A DNA stretch of 52,546 nucleotides from Candidatus Bruticola sp. (GCA_051874735.1 JBJEGD010000006.1:1-52546), one strand, 5' to 3'; positions 18,396 to 28,458 are shown, counted from the stretch's first letter. Numbers and translations: made by a program. Notes: generated from the letters alone by a model not told the origin.

Positions 18396-19268
18396 GTGCC
18401 CTTAATTTTAGATGGCAGAATTATTACCAAAGCCATAACTCAAAAGTTAAGCTTATCTTCAGCTGAATTGCGGGAAAAAGGCATAATTCCGTCTTTAGTA
18501 ACGGTGCGTTTAGGCTCCCGCGAAGATGACATCGCCTATGAAAAAGGGGCCTCTAAGCGCTGCGCTTCAGTCGGCATAGAGGTGCGCAATATTGTTATGG
18601 CAGCTGACACTAAGCAAAACGATCTAATTGCCCAAATAAAGCAGCTGAATAACGATCCCTCAGTTCACGGTGTGCTTATTTTCATGCCTTTGCCTATCCA
18701 TATAGACAGAAACGTAGTCTGCGCGGCTCTAGATCCGAGTAAAGATGCAGACGGCATTACACCCATATCTCAAGTGGGAGTTTATACTGGACAACCCCAT
18801 ATGGGTTTTCCTCCCTGCACAGCCCAAGCTTGTATGGAAATTATCAAATATTACGGCTTCGATATAGCTGGCCGAAACGCTGTCGTGCTGGGTCGCAGCC
18901 AAATTGTCGGCAAACCTGCTGCCATGCTTCTTCTAGAAGAGAATGCTACAGTTACTATTTGTCACAGTCGCAGCCAAGACGCTTTTGAGTTAGCTCAAAA
19001 AGCCGATCTGTTAATTTCAGCTATCGGGCGTCCCGGATTTATCGACGCTAAATATCTGCATGAGGGGCAAATAGTTATCGACGTAGGTACTAGTGCCGAC
19101 GCCCAAGGGCGTCTATGTGGCGACATCAAATGGGACGAAGCCCAAATGGTTAAGGCGATAACTCCAGTCCCCGGCGGCGTAGGAGCAGTAACTAACGCCA
19201 TTTTAGCTAAACATGTCATACAAGCGGCTCAGCAGTCTTACGGTCGAACACTTACTTACCAAATTTAA
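18396..19268 (+). CDS. folD: Methylenetetrahydrofolate dehydrogenase (FolD), probably monofunctional
   Basis: KDADG, PCT, GRSQIVGKP, ATVTICHS, VIDVG, GDI and TPVPGGVG motifs. Confidence 0.95.
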   Translation: MPLILDGRIITKAITQKLSLSSAELREKGIIPSLVTVRLGSREDDIAYEKGASKRCASVGIEVRNIVMAADTKQNDLIAQIKQLNNDPSVHGVLIFMPLPIHIDRNVVCAALDPSKDADGITPISQVGVYTGQPHMGFPPCTAQACMEIIKYYGFDIAGRNAVVLGRSQIVGKPAAMLLLEENATVTICHSRSQDAFELAQKADLLISAIGRPGFIDAKYLHEGQIVIDVGTSADAQGRLCGDIKWDEAQMVKAITPVPGGVGAVTNAILAKHVIQAAQQSYGRTLTYQI

Positions 19269-19403
19269 ACTCAAGCTCCAATCAGTTTTCATGACCGCCT
19301 ATTGGGGAACGAGCTTAACTGCAGCCGTCCCCTAGCCTGTTTCCCCAGGCTGCCGCTCTCCAAGGAGGCCCGTCACTAAGTACAGCTAAAAGCTAGACGA
19401 ACT

Positions 19404-20309
19404 TTACTTTATTTTTGTATACATGTAATCTTCGTCGCTATGAATAGCCACAAATCCGTTGTTTGTAAAAACAACCTGCACGGCGTCAGCAATGCCGCGA
19501 TTCATCAAATTCAGACGATTTAATTCTGTGCCGACTTTCAGATCGACGCAACCACTCCAAGCCAGCGCTTTTATAGGCATACAAGTCAGTGGTTCTTCAT
19601 TAGAACAGGGCAACGTAACCGGGTAACCACAAGAACTGAAAGCGGCCCATCCGCGGCCCTCTAAACGCAAGGAATACATACCTCCAGCTATAATTCCGGC
19701 GGCATTGCCAATCATCTGAACTTTATGTTCTAAAGTGTCCTCGAAGGCTAAAACGGTTAAGCCCTGCAAATTTATTACTTCATTATCTAAGTAAACAAAA
19801 AAAATTTGATGAGACCCGTTAGCTAGATAAATTCTTCCTTGCCCGCGTGCCACCCCAAAAACTGAAGTCTCTCCAGTAAAGGCTTTATACAAAAAGAGAC
19901 TTAAACTTTCGTTCAGCAACTCCGGATCGCGGGCAAATTGAATGCTGCCTCGATGAGCCGCAATATCGATCAGACGCAGCCACATTAAACCGTTAACCTC
20001 TGCTTCCATCATGCTGCGGCTCAACAATTTAAAAGGACAAACAGAAACGGGGCGCTGGGCTCTTTCGTCAACCAGTTCTGCTAAATACGGATTACAGGCT
20101 TTCGTTTTCTTCTTTCCCGTTTCTGTTTTAGATTCAGTTTTAGTCTGATCCTCAGTCGCCGCACAAAAAGTTTTTGCCTCTTGACAATTTAGCTTATCCG
20201 AAATTTCAACAGCTCTAAAAGCCAAAGTAGAGGCAAAAAAACTGCGCACGCTCTCAAATTGATAAGGCCTGTCTGCACAGGGCTGCATAGAATCAGAACT
20301 GATAACCAT
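19404..20309 (-). CDS. AIM24 family (TRAP-like beta-sandwich) protein, divergent
   Basis: Pattern FTGE...GQGRIYLA, VLAFE, GGMY.LRLEG.G, ALAWSG; starts 3 nt after the prfC stop. Confidence 0.7.
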   Translation of the reverse strand: MVISSDSMQPCADRPYQFESVRSFFASTLAFRAVEISDKLNCQEAKTFCAATEDQTKTESKTETGKKKTKACNPYLAELVDERAQRPVSVCPFKLLSRSMMEAEVNGLMWLRLIDIAAHRGSIQFARDPELLNESLSLFLYKAFTGETSVFGVARGQGRIYLANGSHQIFFVYLDNEVINLQGLTVLAFEDTLEHKVQMIGNAAGIIAGGMYSLRLEGRGWAAFSSCGYPVTLPCSNEEPLTCMPIKALAWSGCVDLKVGTELNRLNLMNRGIADAVQVVFTNNGFVAIHSDEDYMYTKIK

Positions 20310-20312
20310 AAA

Positions 20313-21968
20313 TTAACGCGGACTCACTGATAAAAACTGAAGTTTAGGATTTTTTTCTGCAGTATAACTCAAATCCCATTCCGAAGGGAAAAGACAGACT
20401 AAGCGTTCACTGCCGTCTGCCACTTTCAAGGCTAAACGTGAAGGCTCGAATTTTTCCAGATCTTCAGCAGTGCCCACAACCCATCGGGCTAAACGGAAAG
20501 ACATCGGCTCAAAACGCGCTTCAACTCCGTAATCAGTCTTTAAACGGTGGGCTACTACTTCAAACTGCAGCTGGCCGACAGCTCCCATAATCGGCATTCT
20601 GGCACTCTCTTCAGGAGGCCAGAAAATTTGGATAGCCCCTTCACGCTGAAGAAGATCTAAAGCTTTATTGAACTGCTTCCGTCTGGACGGATCGTCAACA
20701 ATGACACGACAGAAATGTTCAGGTGGGAACAGAGGGATAGGATCGTAATGAATATCTTCACCTTCAACTAAAGTATCCCCTAAGATTAATTCGCCAGAGT
20801 TAACCAAGCCTACTACATCGCCAGGGAAAGCTTCATCGACAGTTTCACGCTCCTGAGCAAATAGTCTCTGAGGATAGGCTAAGCGGATCACCTCACCAGT
20901 ACGAGCACAATGCACTTTCATGCCACGCTCAAATCGACCGGTACAAATGCGCAGAAAGGCTACTCGGTCGCGATGGCGCGGGTTCATATCGGCTTGAATT
21001 TTAAATATGAAGCCTGAGAAAGATGGCCTTTCCGGGGGGATTAATCCTTTGTCACTATTGCGAGCTGGAGGCGAAGGCACCATATCTATAAACTGATCTA
21101 AGAACAGCTGTACGCCGAAGTTAGTTAAAGCGCTGCCAAAAAATACCGGAGTAATTTCGCCATTTAAAAAAGCATTCTTATCAAACTCTTCGCCGGCCAT
21201 TTGCAAAAGTTCAATTTCTTCATTGAAGTTTTTGAAAATGTCGCTGGGCACTAAGGAAGCGACTTCTTCAGATTGTGGCTCCACAATTTTAACTTCAGCT
21301 TTGCGGGCGCCGTGATCGCGCCTCTCAAAGAGATGCAGACGCCCTGTAGACGGCTCAAACACCCCCTTAAAATGTTCGCCGCTACCTAAAGGCCAGTTCA
21401 TAGGTACTGTGCGCACATTAAGCACGCGTTCTATCTCTCCAGTCAACTCCAGAGGATCTAAGCTAGGTCGATCTAACTTGTTAATGAAAGTAACCATAGG
21501 AATATGGCGCCGCTTACAGACTTCAAAAAGTTTTAAAGTTTGCGCCTCTATACCCTTAGCCGCGTCTAGAACCATAATTACACTGTCAACAGCTAACAAG
21601 GTGCGATAAGTATCTTCACTAAAATCTTGGTGGCCTGGCGTATCCAACAAATTGAGCAGACAACCGTTATATTCAAAACTGAGTACAGTCGAACTTACTG
21701 AAATACCGCGTTGCTTTTCAATTTCCATAAAATCGGAAGCAGCACTAGTTTGAGAACGCCTGGCTCTAACTACGCCGGCCAAATTTACAGCACCACCATA
21801 AAGCAGCAACTTTTCTGTCAAAGTTGTTTTACCAGCATCAGGGTGTGAAATAATAGCAAAAGTGCGGCGGCGTCTAATTTCTTTTTCGATGCGTTCATCG
21901 ACGGCTACAGCTGGCTGATCGACCTCAACCATATCTTTTTTTTCGTTGATTAGCTGAGTATTTTCCAT
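20313..21968 (-). CDS. prfC: Peptide chain release factor 3
   Basis: RRRTFAIISHPDAGKTTLTEKLLL, DTPGHQDFSEDTYR, NKLD, FKIQADMNPRHRDR, GAVGQLQFEV. Confidence 0.97.
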   Translation of the reverse strand: MENTQLINEKKDMVEVDQPAVAVDERIEKEIRRRRTFAIISHPDAGKTTLTEKLLLYGGAVNLAGVVRARRSQTSAASDFMEIEKQRGISVSSTVLSFEYNGCLLNLLDTPGHQDFSEDTYRTLLAVDSVIMVLDAAKGIEAQTLKLFEVCKRRHIPMVTFINKLDRPSLDPLELTGEIERVLNVRTVPMNWPLGSGEHFKGVFEPSTGRLHLFERRDHGARKAEVKIVEPQSEEVASLVPSDIFKNFNEEIELLQMAGEEFDKNAFLNGEITPVFFGSALTNFGVQLFLDQFIDMVPSPPARNSDKGLIPPERPSFSGFIFKIQADMNPRHRDRVAFLRICTGRFERGMKVHCARTGEVIRLAYPQRLFAQERETVDEAFPGDVVGLVNSGELILGDTLVEGEDIHYDPIPLFPPEHFCRVIVDDPSRRKQFNKALDLLQREGAIQIFWPPEESARMPIMGAVGQLQFEVVAHRLKTDYGVEARFEPMSFRLARWVVGTAEDLEKFEPSRLALKVADGSERLVCLFPSEWDLSYTAEKNPKLQFLSVSPR

Positions 21969-22201
21969 AATATCCTCATATAAAAATATCTGTTGTTCAA
22001 AAATTATTTTGCAGATTTTTCAGTTATAACCCACAACCGATCGGGAACAATTCTGAAAGCAGATGATCTTTCCAGAACGCGCTCCTTACATAACAGACCT
22101 CATTTCCACACTATATTTGGTAAGCTTAAAGCGAATATAAAAAGTTCATCTGCAGCGAACAGTAATGGCTGTCCTAGGTAAGATGAGCCAACAACAAGCG
22201 A

Positions 22202-22235
22202 AGCCGTCCCCAGTTTTACAAAACTGGCGACGGCT
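22202..22235 (-). terminator. Stem-loop downstream of pilC
   Basis: AGCCGTC-C-CCAGTTTT / AAAACTGG-C-GACGGCT inverted repeat 20 nt past the stop; poor U-tract. Confidence 0.55.
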
Positions 22236-22255
22236 CCTTTGTAAAGTCTGTATTT

Positions 22256-23473
22256 TTAGAACTTGCCAACCAAATCGTAGACGGGTAAAAATACGGCCAA
22301 CAAAACGTAACCGACGACAATACCCATGAAGAAAATCATGATAGGCTCAAGCATAGAAGTCAGAGCCTCTAGAACGTGTTCTACCTCTAAATCGTAGAAA
22401 TCAGCCAGCTTGTCAAGCAAGGTAGGCAAGTTACCAGTCTCTTCACCTACAGAAATCATTTGATACAGCATGGGCGGGAAAATTTTGTATTTTTTAATCG
22501 GCTCGGAAAGACGCATACCTTGCTTTAACCCCATCTGCACTTCTAAGAGGATATCGCCTACCACAGAATTGCCCACAGCTTTGCTAACAATTTCTAAAGA
22601 GTGAACTACCGGTACACCGCTAGCAATAAGAGTGCCTAAAGTACGGCAAAAACGAGAGAGAGCTACTTTTTTTACAACCGGACCAAATAGAGGCATATCT
22701 AGAAGCATGCCGTCAAGAGCTCTTTTGCCCTTTTCTGTGCGCACGTATTGTCCCACGAAGTAGGAACCTAAAGCAATAATTGCCAAGGTGCAAACAATAA
22801 CCAGAGGGTTGGTAGCCATTCTAGTAATCCAGATAAGGCTGCGGGTGATAGCGGGAAGCTGGACGTCGATGCCTTCAAACAAAGCCACAAAGGTAGGAAA
22901 CACGTAGTTGACCAGTACGAAAGTTACCAAAGCGCAGGCTCCAAATACTACCATAGGATAAGTAGTGGCCGACGATACTTTGGCACGTAGGCGCACTTCA
23001 CGCTCCAAAAGATTGGCTAAGCGTTCCATAATTTCGCCCATAGAACCAGACATTTCGCCAGCTCTAACCATAGCAATATAAAGCTGATCGAAAACGGCAG
23101 GATGTTTACTCATAGACTTAGCCAGAGTGTAGCCCATGCGAATGTCGTCGTGAACCTCACGTACGGCCCGGCTGAGCGGACCATTGAGAGTTTGACGCCC
23201 TAAGCCGTCTAAACTTCGCACTGTAGAGATACCGGAATTAAAGAGTACAGCAAACTGCCTAGTAAAAATAGCCAAAGCATAAAGATCCGCCCTCTCAAAT
23301 CGGGCAGTCAAATCTTTAATAATACGAGTAGGATCGCGGCGCTCTCGAATATTGGTAACAGTGTATCTTATGTTGCGCAGGTCGCGGATAACGGCCTGCT
23401 TATCGGGAGCTTCTACTGTCCCGTCGACACTGCGTCCCCTTGAATCTACTGCAGTATAATCAAAAACCGGCAT
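22256..23473 (-). CDS. pilC: Type IV pilus / T2SS inner-membrane platform protein (GspF family)
   Basis: MPVFDY.A start, FTRQFA.LF.SG, AGEMSG, YP.VV, RFCRTLGTLI.SGVP, GEETG.L and LEP motifs. Confidence 0.93.
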   Translation of the reverse strand: MPVFDYTAVDSRGRSVDGTVEAPDKQAVIRDLRNIRYTVTNIRERRDPTRIIKDLTARFERADLYALAIFTRQFAVLFNSGISTVRSLDGLGRQTLNGPLSRAVREVHDDIRMGYTLAKSMSKHPAVFDQLYIAMVRAGEMSGSMGEIMERLANLLEREVRLRAKVSSATTYPMVVFGACALVTFVLVNYVFPTFVALFEGIDVQLPAITRSLIWITRMATNPLVIVCTLAIIALGSYFVGQYVRTEKGKRALDGMLLDMPLFGPVVKKVALSRFCRTLGTLIASGVPVVHSLEIVSKAVGNSVVGDILLEVQMGLKQGMRLSEPIKKYKIFPPMLYQMISVGEETGNLPTLLDKLADFYDLEVEHVLEALTSMLEPIMIFFMGIVVGYVLLAVFLPVYDLVGKF

Positions 23474-23713
23474 AGTACTGACTATTCTCCAATTCTTCGC
23501 TCTGGCACAAAATAAGCAGAACCAGCATAATCCTGCTCCCTGCTATAAAAAGCCCCTCTCTCTTCTACGTTTAAGCAATTTCCCCTAGCATAGGTTATAC
23601 AAAAATATCCTTAGTGAAAGTCACAATATTGAGCCCTCAGCTTACACTTAAAAAAGGCTGACTGACAAATCAAAGGCAGGGCCACTGACATAAAAAGCGA
23701 AAGCAAAAAGGCT

Positions 23714-24988
23714 ATGAGATTAGATAAATCAGAGAGCGTTTTCTCTCAATTAACCGCTATTATTCCCGGAGGAGTTAACAGTCCTTTCCGCGGGTTTAAT
23801 CAAGTAGGAGGTTTTCCTCCTATTATTGCTAAGGGCAAAGGCAGCCAAGTTTACGATATAGATGGCAACTGCTATCTCGATCTCTGCTGCGGGTGGGGTC
23901 CTCTCCTTTTCGGACACAGTCATCCCCATATTATCGAAGCTGTGCAGAAAGCTGCCGAATCTGGTACTTTGTTTGGCGCTTCCACTGAAGGCGAACTAAA
24001 GCTGGCCACGATGGTACGCGAAGCCTACCCTTCTATGGAAATGGTTCGTTTTGTCAATTCCGGCGCTGAAGCTGTCAACTCTGCCCTGCGCGTAGCCCGC
24101 TCGGTAACTCGCCGTCCGCGCATCATGAAATTTGAAGGCTGCTATCATGGCCACGTCGAGTGTCTAGACGCCGTAGGTATTGAAGCTGAAGAAAACGGCG
24201 GCGCTTTGGCTTTGGGGGCTTCCCCTGGTGCTGCAGCTGAAACGGTTGTCGCCGATTTCAACGATTTAACTAAGGTCAAACAATTATTTGAGCAATATCC
24301 AGGTGAAATAGCTGCGGCTATTTTAGAGCCGGTAACTGGTTCTATGGGTGTAATTGCTCCAGAACCAGGCTTCCTCGAAGGTGTGCGCGATCTTTGCCAT
24401 GCTAACGGAGCTCTGTTCATTCTCGACGAAGTTTTAACCGGATTCCGCTTAGCTAAAGGAGGCGCTCAAGAGCGCTTCCATATTGCAGCCGATTTAACTT
24501 GCTTAGGCAAAGCCGTTTCCGGTGGTTTAGCTATGGGCGCCTACGGTGGCAAAGCAGAGTATATGAAGAGCGTTTCTCCCACCGGTCCTATTTACCAAGC
24601 CGGCACTTACTGCGGCAATCCCATCAGTGTAGCCGGAGCTATTGCTGAGCTGGAGTTGGCTTTCCAACCTGGGGTTTACGAGCGCTTGGAAGCTCTTTCC
24701 ACTCGTTTGACAGACGGCTTGAAAGAAATAGGCGGAATGCTAGTACAGAGCGTCGGTTCCATGTTCTTTATAGCTTTCGGCCCCAAGCAGGTGCGCAATT
24801 ATCAAGACAGCACTCAATTTGATTACGAAACTTTCGCCAAGTTCTTCCACGCGATGCTCGAGGAAGGTATTTATCTTCCGCCTTCAACTACCGATGCGGC
24901 CTGCATTTCGGCCATTCACACGGAAGCTGAAATTGATTGCGTTCTGGAAACGACTGACAGAGTGATTAAAAAGCTCAAATTGAAATAG
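23714..24988 (+). CDS. hemL: Glutamate-1-semialdehyde 2,1-aminomutase-like class III aminotransferase
   Basis: PGGVNSP, WGPL, RFVNSG.EA, KFEGCYHGH, DEV.TGFR, LGK (PLP lysine), YQAGT..GNP. Confidence 0.85.
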   Translation: MRLDKSESVFSQLTAIIPGGVNSPFRGFNQVGGFPPIIAKGKGSQVYDIDGNCYLDLCCGWGPLLFGHSHPHIIEAVQKAAESGTLFGASTEGELKLATMVREAYPSMEMVRFVNSGAEAVNSALRVARSVTRRPRIMKFEGCYHGHVECLDAVGIEAEENGGALALGASPGAAAETVVADFNDLTKVKQLFEQYPGEIAAAILEPVTGSMGVIAPEPGFLEGVRDLCHANGALFILDEVLTGFRLAKGGAQERFHIAADLTCLGKAVSGGLAMGAYGGKAEYMKSVSPTGPIYQAGTYCGNPISVAGAIAELELAFQPGVYERLEALSTRLTDGLKEIGGMLVQSVGSMFFIAFGPKQVRNYQDSTQFDYETFAKFFHAMLEEGIYLPPSTTDAACISAIHTEAEIDCVLETTDRVIKKLKLK

Positions 24989-25066
24989 AGTTTTTTAATC
25001 ACTGTTTGTCCGGCGAATCAGTTCTTCTAAAGCATGTTTAACAAGCTGATTAGAAGACGCCTCCCC

Positions 25067-25108
25067 GTCTTGCCGCCTGCCAATGTGCACATTAGCAGGC
25101 GGCAAGAC
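25067..25108. repeat. 42-bp near-perfect palindrome downstream of hemL
   Basis: GTCTTGCCGCCTGC-C-AATGTG|CACATT-A-GCAGGCGGCAAGAC, one mismatched pair. Confidence 0.85.
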
Positions 25109-25188
25109 AAAACTAATTGTTCACCTTAACCTACTTATCATGGCTAGCACTCACAGTTGCCATTCAAATATGCAGGAGGAGCACTCTT

Positions 25189-25506
25189 ATGTCCAACGGC
25201 TTTTTAGGCGCCACTGGCAGTATGATGAAAGGCTTAGTTGACGCCGCAGCTAAAAAGCGCGACGAGCTGGTAAGTTCAGCTGAACTAAAACTGAAAATGG
25301 AGCGTCTCAAAGCCGAATTGCGAGACCTACGTCAAGAAAAAGATGAGCTTCTCAACGGATTAGCCCTCAAAGTTTACGAAATGTATGTAAAAGGGCAAAT
25401 TCAGGATCCCGATCTGAAAGCTTCCTGCCAAGCGGTTCAGCACAAACAATGGGAAGTAGATGAAAAATGGGCGGAAATAAATTATGTCAAATCTGGTAAA
25501 GCCTAG
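25189..25506 (+). CDS. Hypothetical coiled-coil protein
   Basis: AGGAGGAG SD before ATG 25189; helical heptads; overlaps the rdgB start by 23 nt. Confidence 0.75.
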   Translation: MSNGFLGATGSMMKGLVDAAAKKRDELVSSAELKLKMERLKAELRDLRQEKDELLNGLALKVYEMYVKGQIQDPDLKASCQAVQHKQWEVDEKWAEINYVKSGKA

Positions 25507-26131
25507 ACTCCTACTGGCCACAGGCAATCCCCACAAAGCAGCCGAAATAAAAGCAATACTACAGAAAATGCCGGTAGAACTGGTAAGTCTCCACGACCTC
25601 GAAGGACTCTCTGTATCCGAACCCGCTGAAACTGGCTCCTGTTATCTAGAGAACGCCTTAATAAAAGCTAAGCATTACGGACAAGCGGCGCATATGGCTT
25701 GCATAGCCGACGATTCCGGTCTAGAGATTGAAGCTCTCGAGGGAGCGCCAGGACTCTTTTCTCACCGTTTTCTCAGTGACTGTGCTAACCAAGCAGAAAA
25801 AAATCAACGTGTTTTAAATATCCTCGATAACCGTCCGCCAGAAGAGCGCCGGGCTCAGTTTCGCTGTGTCTGCGTCATATCAGGGCTATCGAAACTTGGC
25901 TTAGCTGAACCTGAATATATAAGTTCTGAGGCAGTCTGCCCCGGCAGTATTGCCTTTACCGCTTACGGCTTAGGCGGCTTCGGATACGATCCTATTTTTA
26001 TTCCTGACGCCGCTTCTCAACGTCATATGGCCGAACTAAGCGAAGAAGAAAAGAATCATATTAGCCACCGAGGCTTGGCGGTACGCCAGGCGGTGCAAAC
26101 GTTGCTGAACAAACTAACGGCGCAGCTGTAG
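25484..26131 (+). CDS. rdgB: Non-canonical purine NTP pyrophosphatase (Ham1/RdgB)
   Basis: ATGNPHK..E, ENA..KA, DDSGL, PGLFS.R, GFGYDPIF, KNHISHRG. Confidence 0.95.
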   Translation: MSNLVKPRLLLATGNPHKAAEIKAILQKMPVELVSLHDLEGLSVSEPAETGSCYLENALIKAKHYGQAAHMACIADDSGLEIEALEGAPGLFSHRFLSDCANQAEKNQRVLNILDNRPPEERRAQFRCVCVISGLSKLGLAEPEYISSEAVCPGSIAFTAYGLGGFGYDPIFIPDAASQRHMAELSEEEKNHISHRGLAVRQAVQTLLNKLTAQL

Positions 26132-26242
26132 CTGCGGCGCCGCTTCATTGCGACCATGCAGTTTAATACTGCCAGGTAGCGAGGAACGTTTAGTGTCAGC
26201 CCAATTGTAAGCCTGTCTGTTAAAAAAACAGACCGGCTTATT

Positions 26243-27565
26243 TTATTCCGCCGTGCGCAACACGAAACGCACAGGATAATTGGAAGCCCCCTCGGGTATA
26301 GTCAGCAAACACACTTCAGCTGTATGCTCGGCTGGTACGCTCACCGAAGCAGCTCTATATTCAGTAAACGGCTCTATTTCGCGACTCAGCGAGCAATCTT
26401 GCCAATTGCCTTCTCGGCGCAAACTCTCTAAATCGGGAATCTGTTTAGCCAGCCAAATATTAGGCTCAATTTTTCCCTTATAAAATTTAGTTTTCATCAG
26501 AACCGAAGCGGAAGCTTTACCCCCTCTAGGGTTGATAATTAACTCTAAATTTTTATCTTGAGCTGAACAATTTAAAACTAAAAAACGGATAGCGTAAACT
26601 ACTCCATAATCTCCTTTAAGCTCCGGACCTGTAGTTATATTAGGCTGTCTGACCGCTCCAATAGCAGCCCAAGTCTGTTCCGTTCTATGCTGTCCGTCGA
26701 GCACCAACACTTTGTCTATAAATTGATCGGCACAAGCATAAACACCTCGAGCGTGAACGTCTTGAGGGTTAGAAAGCAGATTAAAACTGAGCTCTTCTTC
26801 AAGACTCTGCACAGCGGTCAGATAAAAAGTTAGGCCGCTGCCTTCTAAAAGCGTAAACTGAGCTGTACCACTAATAACTTCACAGTAAGGCAGCGGCCTG
26901 CAGAAAATGCTCTTAGTTTCACCTGGCTCCATTTCCAATAAGCGACTGTTACCTGAAGCTAAACGACTTAAAAATTGAACATTATTTATGTGGCCTGCTT
27001 GAAAATAATCGCTGTCAGGGCCGCCTTCTCCCTCAGTAAGCAAAACTTTAGCCCGTCGGCCTGACAAAGTATTATTTAAATTAAGACGCAACCACAACCG
27101 ATTATCTTCCCGCCCCCCTTCATGATAATATTGAAAGCGCAGCGGCTTAAAAGGTACTAAACCGCCTTTAAACAGCAAGCCGCGCCCTTTGACTCGCTCA
27201 GGATGGTCAGAAAAAGATAAAACTTCGGCTTTTAAGTTGGGATAAAATACGTTTTTAACGGTCAAACCGCTTTTCAGTAACCATTGTTCACCTGGATACA
27301 AATTATTGGGAAGCTCCTCAGCAGCTCTTCCCTCTTTTTCCAAAATAGAACGCAAATAAGATGACGAAAACGGAGAACCGCTTACAATCAGCGTTTTAGA
27401 ATCTGCAACTAGTTGCTCAGATTGAGACGCTTCCTGAGCTCCGATAATATCAGAAGAGCACTTACTCCCCTCTTCAGCTGCCGCTGAAACACTTATTAGA
27501 ACGGACAAGCTGATAAAAAGTAAACTCAGCAAAGTCCGGCCACTTTCAAATATATTCATCTGCAC
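26243..27565 (-). CDS. Hypothetical secreted protein
   Basis: Signal peptide; conserved-looking motifs SDHPE, HARG, GDYGVVY, NPRGG and GASNYP. Confidence 0.75.
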   Translation of the reverse strand: MQMNIFESGRTLLSLLFISLSVLISVSAAAEEGSKCSSDIIGAQEASQSEQLVADSKTLIVSGSPFSSSYLRSILEKEGRAAEELPNNLYPGEQWLLKSGLTVKNVFYPNLKAEVLSFSDHPERVKGRGLLFKGGLVPFKPLRFQYYHEGGREDNRLWLRLNLNNTLSGRRAKVLLTEGEGGPDSDYFQAGHINNVQFLSRLASGNSRLLEMEPGETKSIFCRPLPYCEVISGTAQFTLLEGSGLTFYLTAVQSLEEELSFNLLSNPQDVHARGVYACADQFIDKVLVLDGQHRTEQTWAAIGAVRQPNITTGPELKGDYGVVYAIRFLVLNCSAQDKNLELIINPRGGKASASVLMKTKFYKGKIEPNIWLAKQIPDLESLRREGNWQDCSLSREIEPFTEYRAASVSVPAEHTAEVCLLTIPEGASNYPVRFVLRTAE

Positions 27566-27582
27566 TCCATATTACCAGTAAC

Positions 27583-28458
27583 TTATTCGCCGTCGTCGAA
27601 AATTTCTTCAATACTACTTGGGGAGCGATGGGTGTAAATTAAAGAAATCATTTTGCCGGTCAGCCGACAATTAGCTCTATCCAGATTTTCTAGGCCCAAA
27701 GCGTTGTCTAAATAGGTTTTTAAGGGAATAACTAACTCAGTATTTTCTGTAATAATTTGATAAATAACGGGATGGCTTCCGGAAGAAAAAATGCGTACCG
27801 ATTGCCGACCTTCAAAATTAGAAATAACTAGTTCGATGCTACCTGCATAGCTAATGCGAGGATAAACCCTAACAAACAGAGGATTGTCGTAGTCGTCACT
27901 ATCGCTGACCACCTCTTCCAAAACTCGCAAAAATTCCTGTTCTTTGCTATTAAAATTGAACAAATAAGAAACGTGGCGAGAATCTTTAGACAGCTCAGGC
28001 ATACCTGACTCAGATAAATTGACAGTATCGTAAAGAGGCAAAACGTAGGGATAAGAGACCCAGCGTCTAGTACCAGTATATTGAATGCGATCGAAACGCT
28101 CGCTGCCTATTGCTCGATCTAGCCATCCTTTAAAATCGCTAGCAAAAGGAGTGCGGGCTGTCATAAATGAGCAATAGCAGGACAATCCACTAATGCAGTT
28201 AAGTTTTACCTTCTGACTGCACTGGTTTATAGTAACGTTAAGCACAACGGGAGAAGATGAATTATAGCGGGGCTGCAGCTCAAACTCTAATCCGTGTTTG
28301 TGCATAAACTCTATAAGATATTCCTCAGTAACGCTTAGACTGTAAATAGGCTCCTGTACATAGCGGAACAAAGACGGATTACTTTCAACGGCTTTCCAAG
28401 TGAGATACTCAACCATACGGCGCTGACGCCTTAAAAGTTCTTGTCCTGACTCAAGCAT
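27583..28458 (-). CDS. Hypothetical protein with an internal tandem domain duplication
   Basis: AAGG SD; two roughly 80-aa segments align without gaps (see findings). Confidence 0.75.
   Translation of the reverse strand: MLESGQELLRRQRRMVEYLTWKAVESNPSLFRYVQEPIYSLSVTEEYLIEFMHKHGLEFELQPRYNSSSPVVLNVTINQCSQKVKLNCISGLSCYCSFMTARTPFASDFKGWLDRAIGSERFDRIQYTGTRRWVSYPYVLPLYDTVNLSESGMPELSKDSRHVSYLFNFNSKEQEFLRVLEEVVSDSDDYDNPLFVRVYPRISYAGSIELVISNFEGRQSVRIFSSGSHPVIYQIITENTELVIPLKTYLDNALGLENLDRANCRLTGKMISLIYTHRSPSSIEEIFDDGE

Noticed and set aside
21993-22181. 62-aa ORF between prfC and pilC
   Set aside because: TTG start, no SD, opposite to both neighbours, no recognisable content
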